Assembly (NCBI RefSeq): GCF_009914755.1
Contig: NC_060932.1
Direction: 5' to 3' (one strand)
Source: the human T2T-CHM13v2.0 reference genome, Homo sapiens
DNA: 64,000 nt
The notes under the pieces are model-generated. The model saw only the letters and a list, made by a program, of their open reading frames with translations. It did no database searches and was not told where the DNA came from. The translations under genes and the position numbers were made by a program. Below are positions 48,940 through 64,000 of the stretch, piece by piece. Numbering within the stretch: the first letter of the stretch is position 1; each line of letters starts with the position of its first letter.

Positions 48940-49535
48940 TGCAGGAAAATAAAACCACATGCATATATGAAAATCTCCTTCCTTGTAAAGCCAGTATCTG
49001 GCATAAGTATGTCAAACAGACAACCCTATATAGGGAAATAGTTACAAAAGTGTTGGATAGCCTGAGGGAGTTGAAAGGGATTGGGAACCTCAGGAACCCA
49101 TCATCACTCTGAAGACTGGAGGAGCAAGAGGGAAAATGGTATTTCCAAGAAACAATGATTATCATGTTGCTATTGGATCTACCACACTATAGCTTTGTAG
49201 GAAGCCAGGAGGCCAAACTCCTGCTGATAGTGAAGAATCTCAAGAGTCCAAACTAACATCTATGTCACTGATAAATCCAGAGCCCCTGAAGGCTGTACCA
49301 GTGAGACTGCTGGAGATGGGGTGGCATTTGCTTCCACTTCTTGGAGTGTACCAGTTTCATAGGAATCTGCTATTGTCCACTGTTGCTGCTGCTGTCACCA
49401 GAGGTGCTATCCAAAGCAGAAAACAAGAGCTTCTCCTTTCTTCCTGTCTTTTAATATCCAACCAATAGGCTTCCATAGGCAAAAGCAAGCCAGACATCAC
49501 CTTGCAAGGGAGTCTGGAAAATGTGACCTGAGCAA
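48940..49535. mobile_element. Possible older MLT1-family LTR remnant
   Basis: MLT1-like caagggagtctggaaaatgtg terminus; heavily diverged. Confidence 0.4.
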
Positions 49536-49752
49536 AGTAGGAACAGACAATCAACTGGCATAGACTAGCCTTGAGAGCTTAGCTTGAAAGGTGCTGTGTT
49601 TTCTTATCACAACTTCTCATCTTCTACTTGTATCTTTCCTTCTAAGATGGAACAGAATAACTCAACTCAATAGCTAAAATTCTAGCCACTTTCACTCGCT
49701 CTAGTATATATAAATCTAACATAAACATTTTCTGTAGATAGGGAGAAAGGAA

Positions 49753-50205
49753 CATATTAGTTCTTCATGACTGCTGTGATAACAAATTACCACAAATTTG
49801 GTGACTTGAAAAAACAAAACTGTATTCTCTCACAGTTCTGGAGGCCAAGAGTCTGACATCAAGATGTTGGCAGGGCTGTCCTTCCTTCAGTGTCGCAGGG
49901 AGATAGTACTTTCTTGCCTTTTCTAGCTTCTGGTGACTGTCAGCATTCCTTGTCTTGTGTCTACATCACTCCAGTCTCTATCTCCATGGTAGCATTATCC
50001 CCTGTTCTGTCTGTCATTTCCTCCTGCCTCTCTTATAAGAACATCAATGATTGCCTTTAGGATCCACAAGGATAATCTTGAATAATCCCCCCATGTCAAG
50101 ATCGTAAATCACATCTGCAAAGATCTTTTTGTCCTACAAGGCAATATTTAGAGGTTCTAGAGATTAGGACCTGATATCTTTGGGGATCATTTTTCAGTCT
50201 CCTGT
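49753..50205 (-). mobile_element. MLT1 (B/C/D-like) MaLR LTR
   Basis: aacaaattaccacaaatttggtgactt...ctctcacagttctggaggcc...acatctgcaaag motifs. Confidence 0.82.
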
Positions 50206-52588
50206 AGGGAAGTATTGAAATACTCTGGCCAATAGGGAGGTAGAGGAGTGGAGACAGACAGAAGCCATATAGAGAGAAGACAGGAGCCATCACCCTTGTC
50301 AAAAGTTATGGCTCCCAGCCAGGTTCTACAAACTGTGGCAGCACAGCAGAAATTAAGTTAATCCCAAGCTGGTGAATCTCTTGGAACTTGACTGAGACAC
50401 AAATGTTATTAACAAATATCAATAATATTCCATAAAAAATATCTAAACCAACAGGTCTCAACTGATCACTCATGACCCAATCATGAAGCATAATTGAGTC
50501 TGATGACAGCTCTGCAGCAGGTGGTGTATCTATTTGCAGCTTAATAAACCTTATTAATTCAGAGAATCATGAAAAATCAGACGCAGGCTGGGAAAAAGTT
50601 TACTTTGGCACTATCTAGAAAAAGGAGTTTGCTCAGTATATTAATAGAGTAAACAGGATTGAAAGAAAATAAACTGTTTTCAAGAACCTTAGCTGCTCCA
50701 TTTTGCATACAAATAATATATTAATTTCAAACAGTTTTTATCTACATATTAAAGAAGGATGTCAGAGCTTTTTGCTTGGCAATGCTTCTTTGATCATTCA
50801 TTCCATTTTCTACATATGATGTAATCTGGTTTCAGATGGTGTAAATGTATAAAATTCACTAAGAACAGAACTTTTTTTTCCCCTATTGGGGTTCATTGAC
50901 CCTCAAGGAAAACAGTTAATCAAGCAAAATACAATCTTTTTATATTCATAGGAAAATATACACTGATAAAATAGCTTTTCTTTTAAAATTAGAAATAGAG
51001 GCATAAAAATTTATAAAAATTCAGTAAATGTAAAAAATACATACTCAATATCATAGCTGGTTTAAAGTAAGAGTCTCATGACAGAAAGAGTAAGTGGTTC
51101 AGATGAACAAAGAATGAAGGCAATAAACATGGAAATCATAAGAAAAAATCTTAAGAGGAACAGACAGAAAATTCAAGACAAAGACAGGAAGTAACAGGAA
51201 GATGTTCACATCAGAACACTCACAGACATGCCTGTGTGAAGACACAGGCTCCGTCCTCCTGCTACAATGTAAATGGCACCTGATCTTAGTCAAAACCAAT
51301 CCTACGTAAGCATCCCATTCCTCTAACCAATTTGATGATGTAGCGTCTTCAATTATTCTCTCACTTTCTTGGCACAAAAGCAAGAGATGTATCTTCATCA
51401 ATTGATGTCAGGACTTGAACTAGAAGCAACAATGCTCCAAATTGAAGTGTGAACCAGAAATGAAAGGGTTTTCTTTATAGGTTCTAGATTCTAATCCTGG
51501 GAGGTGGCTAGAGTTCCAATGTTGCTCAGATTAAATTCCTGTTTGTCTAGTGGATGTAGACTTGCAGCAGATTCAATTTAATTTAGAGATCAAAAGAATG
51601 TGCTATTACACATACACAGTTTTGAGCAGTAAGTGTTATACCTACTATATGAGTCCTATAATTATTATTTTTTCAATGAGCAAATTGAGCCTTAAAGCAG
51701 TTGAATGAGTTCCCCAAATGGCAGAACTAGTGGAGCCAAGTGTTTGAACCCAGTTATTTGTCTAGAAGCCTTTGCCGCTCTTTCTCCTAGGGCCCTAGTT
51801 CTCACTGCCTCTACCTCAAGCCAGATGTCTTATTATCTTGTTGCAGTTCTGCCTGATGCCTGTTATACTCAGTGGCATAGGAATTTTCTGAGTTAGGATA
51901 ACCGTAAGTCACATTCTGCCTGGGAAAGTCCTAGCCTTTTTCAGAATTTGTCTTAAATTTTTCATAAGTATTTTTATCAAGAGTTGCATCAAAATAATTG
52001 GATGGTTCCATAGGCTTCCAGTTTTGTTTCCAAATTCTAACATCTTCTACACTGCCAGTGGAGAAGGTGCGTGTCCAGTGAATAGATTGCTCTTTAACAT
52101 GTGATTAAAGCTGAAAGACAACCAGAGGTAACCTATCTTTTGTTTTCACCCTGTCCAGAGGCACTGTAACTAACACTTTCTTTTCAAAGACAATGCATAA
52201 GGTATTTGATGATAAAGCACATATGGACAGAAGCAGTTAAGGACAATTTAACTCTACTCTTCTTTTGCTCAGCAGCTTTTGGAGCTGCTGTGCTTGCCCA
52301 CTATTTGATATACCTGTGTGTTGACCACAAACATGCACAAAGCCCCACTAAGCAATGAAATCTACAAAAAAAGTGAGAAATTACTGACTAGACTATGGCA
52401 CATACTAAAAATAGAAGAGTAGTTATTTCATTGTAGAAGTTATAGATAGTCTAATGCTCTGGTTACTCTGGTTTTATCAGGTAGTATATGGTTGTATATG
52501 GTATAAATATACAACCAGTTACCTACTTTTGTTGTTTGGTAACACATTTATGTTGCAATATGCCATTTTAGCAAAATGCTTAACATGC

Positions 52589-52969
52589 TGTATTAGTCCA
52601 TTTTCACACTACTATGAAGAACTGCCCGAGACTGGGTAATTTATAAAGGAAAGAGGTTTAATTGACTCACAGTTCAGCAAGGGCTGGGGAGGCCTCAGGA
52701 AACTTACAATCATGGAAGGTGGTGAAGGGGAAGCAAGGCACCTTCTTCGCAATGCAGCAGGAAGGAGAATGAATGCAGGAGGAACTACCAAACACTTATA
52801 AAACCATCAGATCTCATGGGAACTCACTTACTATCATGAGAACAGCATGGGGGGAAACTGCCTCCATGATGCAATTACCTCCACCTGGTCTCTCCCTTGA
52901 CACGTGGGGATTACAGGGATTGTAATTCAAGATCAGATTTTGGTGGGAATACAAAGCCTAACCATGTCA
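52589..52969 (-). mobile_element. THE1 (THE1D-like) MaLR solo LTR
   Basis: tgtattagtccattttcacact...aaccatgtca with TG..CA ends; 5-bp near-TSD catgc/catac. Confidence 0.9.
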
Positions 52970-54941
52970 CATACAATGTCACATTTAATAAAAAATTAAG
53001 AACTGAAACTTACATTTTTCAAGAAAGTTAGATAATGAATGTGTAACTTAAATTGTTTTATTGACACCTATCATTCACCAAGCAAGTTACAGAGATAAAT
53101 TAACCAAACAAAGTCAGGTCACATAAATTCATTCAAGAATATTTGGCATGTACTTCAAATTTAGTCATTATTCAGCTAATTGGGCCTGAAGATTATGATT
53201 CAATATATGCAGCTGCAGAAGGCGCACATGTATTACTCTGGAAAGCATGACATGCACTTAGATTAAATGACTAATCTCTATAAACTTCACTATTGGAATT
53301 GCTATATAGCACACACATAATTCAGAATTTTTCAGAATAAGCTACAACATTCTTTCAATTAAAACAGAAGTCATAGTTGGGAAATTTTAAATACGCATAT
53401 ATTTTAAATTGAATTTTATATGTTATATTTTTAATTAAGTTATGAATTTAATTTTAAGACATTTGTGTCATGTATACATACATACACATAGATTTACTGA
53501 ACAAAATGCTTGTGATAAAGCTGAAGTTGAAGGTGAAATAATTATTGCATTGCAATACTCACTTTTTCTTCATTTTCCACCAACAGATTTTAGAAATATT
53601 TGAATTAGTAATACTCATGTACATGTCTTATAAGGGTATTGAACTTTTTTTTACCATGTCCTCTGAATTTTGGGTACATTTAATTCAAAATCATTTATAA
53701 ATATTTAATTAATATATTCAACAAATAAAATGTGAAATGGTTTCAAAGAAGCAAACAAATATAAAATTTATCACTAAATTAGGAAATTCCTTATCACTAA
53801 CATAGGGAATCTAGGTTTATTAAACACTGAGAGTTAAAACAGTGTCTAAGATTTAGTTTTTTCATTTTGTAATTGCATTTTATATTAATTTGGAGGAAAG
53901 CTCTTTTGTTGGAGTTTCTATTTGTAATTTGATAGTTTTTTATTGCAATGAAATGAAATAGAAAAGTTTATAATCTTACATTATGTACACAAGTAATACA
54001 GATAAATTATTTGATAAATTTTAAAAATATATACTTTACAAAAGAAGCCACTTGTGATTCAACATGTGAAGCAACAAAAAATAGTCTTTCTAAAGATATG
54101 TGAACTGAAATTTTTGCACATTTCAATTTTAAAAAAAACAGAAAAATGAAAGGATTTCTCATTTAGCAAGTTATCTCTGGGATTATACTTATGTACTAAA
54201 AACAACTATACTGCTTATGCTATATATTTGTATACATATTATAAATGGGATCTTATATTCAGAGTTTGTTTTTTAAACTTTATTTTGAAATAGATTTGCA
54301 GAAGATCTGCAAAAATAGTACAGAGTGATCATGTACATTTACCCAATGTCCTTTAATATTAACATTTCATATAACCATGGTACATTTTTTAAAAACTTAC
54401 ATTGGAACAATAATATTAGCTAAACTATATTCCAATTTCATCGACCTTTTTCTGTTTCAGTAACCAACCCAGGATACCATGTTGCATTTAGCCATAATGC
54501 TTCCTTAGTCTCCTTCAAGGTATGTTTCTACTTTACTTTTTATGACCTTAACGTCAGATATTTTGTAGAATATCTATCAATGTGAGGTTGTCTGTTTTTT
54601 TTTTTTTCTTCTGGTTGGCCTACAGTTAGAGACTTGGGAGAACAGCATAGAGGTGAAATGCTTCTCACTACATTTTATCAGGGCATAGATACATGATAAC
54701 AACATAACTTATCACTTGTGATATTAACCCTGATCACTTAGGTAAGTTGGTATCTGTCAGGTTGTCTACTGTAAAATTATCTCTTTTTTTCCTTTCTGTA
54801 CCCTATTCATTAGAAGTAAGTCACTAAATCTGGCCAACATTCAAGGAATGGGGTATTAAGTTCCACTTCCTGGAGGGAAGGGAATCAAAAATTTCATGTC
54901 TTAAAACCATTATAGTAATTAATAAATATTTGTGGGGAGAT

Positions 54942-61586
<6,645 letters not shown>

Positions 61587-62076
61587 TTGTGGGGAGATAT
61601 TTTAAGGCTATGCAAATGTTCTGTTTCTCTTAAAAGTTTTACCTACTGGTTTTAGCACTCAGTAATAGATCCTGCCCAAAGCAAGAGTTACTGTTGTTTA
61701 TACTTTAAATAATTTGCTTTCTTCATTCCTTCCTTCTGTATTTGTTATTGACATTCTACTTTAAGGAAAATTTGTCCTTTATTCTCAATTTATTTATTCA
61801 GTCATTTATTTTTATCAGTATGGACTCATGGATATTTACTTTATTGCCCATGTTATAATCCAATACTATCATTATTTGGTTTCGCAAATTATTCCCACTT
61901 TGGCCCTTAGAAGATCTTTCAGTTTGGCTCCTATGTTTTTTGACATCTCTATTTTTTTTCCTCAGAATATTCTGTCTTTGTGGCTCTACAATATATTTCA
62001 AGCTCCATAATGCCTCATTTTCACAATCCATTCTTACTGAACTCATCTTGTAATTTCTTTAACCCACTGCTAAAAT

Positions 62077-62716
62077 TAAAGCGGCATCGTTCATCTGGGG
62101 CAATACCCAAGGTTCGTTGCCTACGCCAAGGATATCAAGGATGCAGGCACACAAGGTGTAAGTTTAAGAGCAGAGGTTTAATAGGCGAGAGAAAGAGAAA
62201 AGCTGTCTCTCCTGCAGAGAGAGGGGGGCTCCCAAGTGGGTCTTCTGGTTTTGTGGTGAAATGCACAGGGTTTTTATACACGAGCTTGAGGAGGCAGTGT
62301 CTGATTTACACAGGGCCCAAAAGATTGGTCAGACCAGGTTTGCCATTTACGTAGCACATGAAGAAGCTGGCCACCCCATCCTAATCTTTTATTATGCAGA
62401 TGGGTTCTCTACCTGGCTGGTGCCATGTTTCCTGTTCCTTTATTGTACACATGGTTGACAAAGAAAAGGTAAGATGGAGCCTCCATATTGAACATGTCTG
62501 GCCCCAGGTAGCTTTTTCCTATTGGCACAGCTGCCGGCGTTCACCTGTGCAAGCTTCTAGCTTGCTTTTCTATGTCTGCATCTTGATTTTTCAGGCTATT
62601 CTTTGTTAGAAAAGAAAAATTATTTGGGGGCTACTTTTTATTAAAAGGGAAACCTTGCTGAGGGCTCTCTTACCCTTACTAACTGCCTAAATAATTTCTT
62701 TCTAGCTCCTGTTTCA
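62077..62716 (-). mobile_element. ERV1 solo LTR (MER50-like)
   Basis: Minus strand begins TGAAACAGGAGCTAGAAAGAAATTATTTAGGCAG; ~640 bp; near-TSD aaat/gaat. Confidence 0.75.
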
Positions 62717-63261
62717 GAATCATTCATTTATTCAAAGACCTCAATTCTTTCTATTGGAGAATGGTATTTAGAACCCAAGATATTGACATGAGGTATGTAT
62801 GTTGCCACTGGATGTCATTGATTCTAGGCCATCTCAACAGAAAGAGTTAAGATGTATGTATATATGACAACCAATGTATGCATATATTTCTATAATTATT
62901 TTTGTATGTATCAATCTACATTTAAAATTAACATGTATTCATATTATTCTAGCACTTATTTTAAATTTAATGTTCAGATCAATATAAATAATATTTTCTT
63001 TAATATACATTGATGTTTTATTTCTATTTCTATAAACAATTGTATTTTTAAAGATAGTTTATGATTAGAACTATTTTTAATCTACTTATTTGAGAACTGA
63101 TTTATTTCTTAATAACTACATCTTTCAAAAACATGCAATTATAATTATTATACCATTCCTTTCACCCTTAAATGTCTTAATCTGGATAATAAACTACATA
63201 GTAACCCCAAATGAGTTAATCTGAGCTCAGTACGCTCTTTGAATACTGTTATTTAGATCAT

Positions 63262-63420
63262 AGCCTCTCAAGCCTTAATGTTGCTACAAATCATCTGAGG
63301 ATGCTGTTAAACTGCAGACTGATTCAGTAGGAGTGGGGAGGGGCCTGAGAGTCTGCATTTTTATGCGGCTCCCAGGTGATACCAATGCTGCAGATGCACA
63401 GACCACACTTTGAGTGGTAA
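63262..63420. mobile_element. MER5A (hAT-Charlie MITE)
   Basis: gattcagtagg..tggggaggggcctgagagtctgcattttta...ggtgat...gaccacactttgag. Confidence 0.82.
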
Positions 63421-63437
63421 GACTGAAGACTACATAG

Positions 63438-63754
<317 letters not shown>

Positions 63755-64000
63755 CATTGTGTGAGCTTTCTATGCAGTTGTTCTGTGTCCTCAATCCTAT
63801 AGTGCTGGTTCCTTCCTTTATTCCAGAGTCCAAATGCCTCATTTCAAAACCCATTTCTACTGAACTCAGTAACCTTTAAAGTTCCATTCAAATCTGTAGC
63901 TCTTTTTTACATTTCTACACCTATTTCAGTTTAGAGGCTTTGTCTATCATACACACAAGGTAAGTTTACATCAGTTAGTAAATTAGACTAGCTGTATTTG

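Noticed and set aside
53768-53812. 23-bp tandem pair containing two TTATCA (GATA) motifs
   Set aside because: Short, in very AT-rich DNA; most likely slippage.

Overview
This is primate genomic DNA (human or a very close great ape) covering the 3' end of ZFPM2 (FOG2, friend of GATA 2) on the + strand. It holds the distal ~28 kb of a long intron, the last three coding exons (28285-28491, 38293-38517, 40616-43107; exons 6-8 in the usual numbering), a ~1 kb miRNA-site-rich 3'UTR with AATAAA at 44084, and ~20 kb of repeat-rich downstream DNA. Intron 6 is mostly a full-length antisense L1PA3-type element with a 13-bp TSD, an open ORF1, a broken ORF2, a truncated ORF0, the retained ~129-bp 5'UTR segment, and a possible short 3' transduction. 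Downstream is a nested L1MC > L1MA > AluJ stack with an ERV1 solo LTR, plus THE1 and MLT1 LTRs. I found no new protein-coding system: the other ORFs in the track are L1/Alu remnants or chance frames. The best leads are (1) the L1 as a possible bidirectional intragenic promoter feeding N-truncated FOG2 and antisense exons, (2) Ile at codon 763 where I recall Val in the reference, (3) a very recent 56-bp duplication joined to a perfect hairpin, and (4) a divergent CTCF motif pair around enhancer-like blocks. Repeat subfamily calls and reference comparisons come from memory of consensus sequences, not from database searches.
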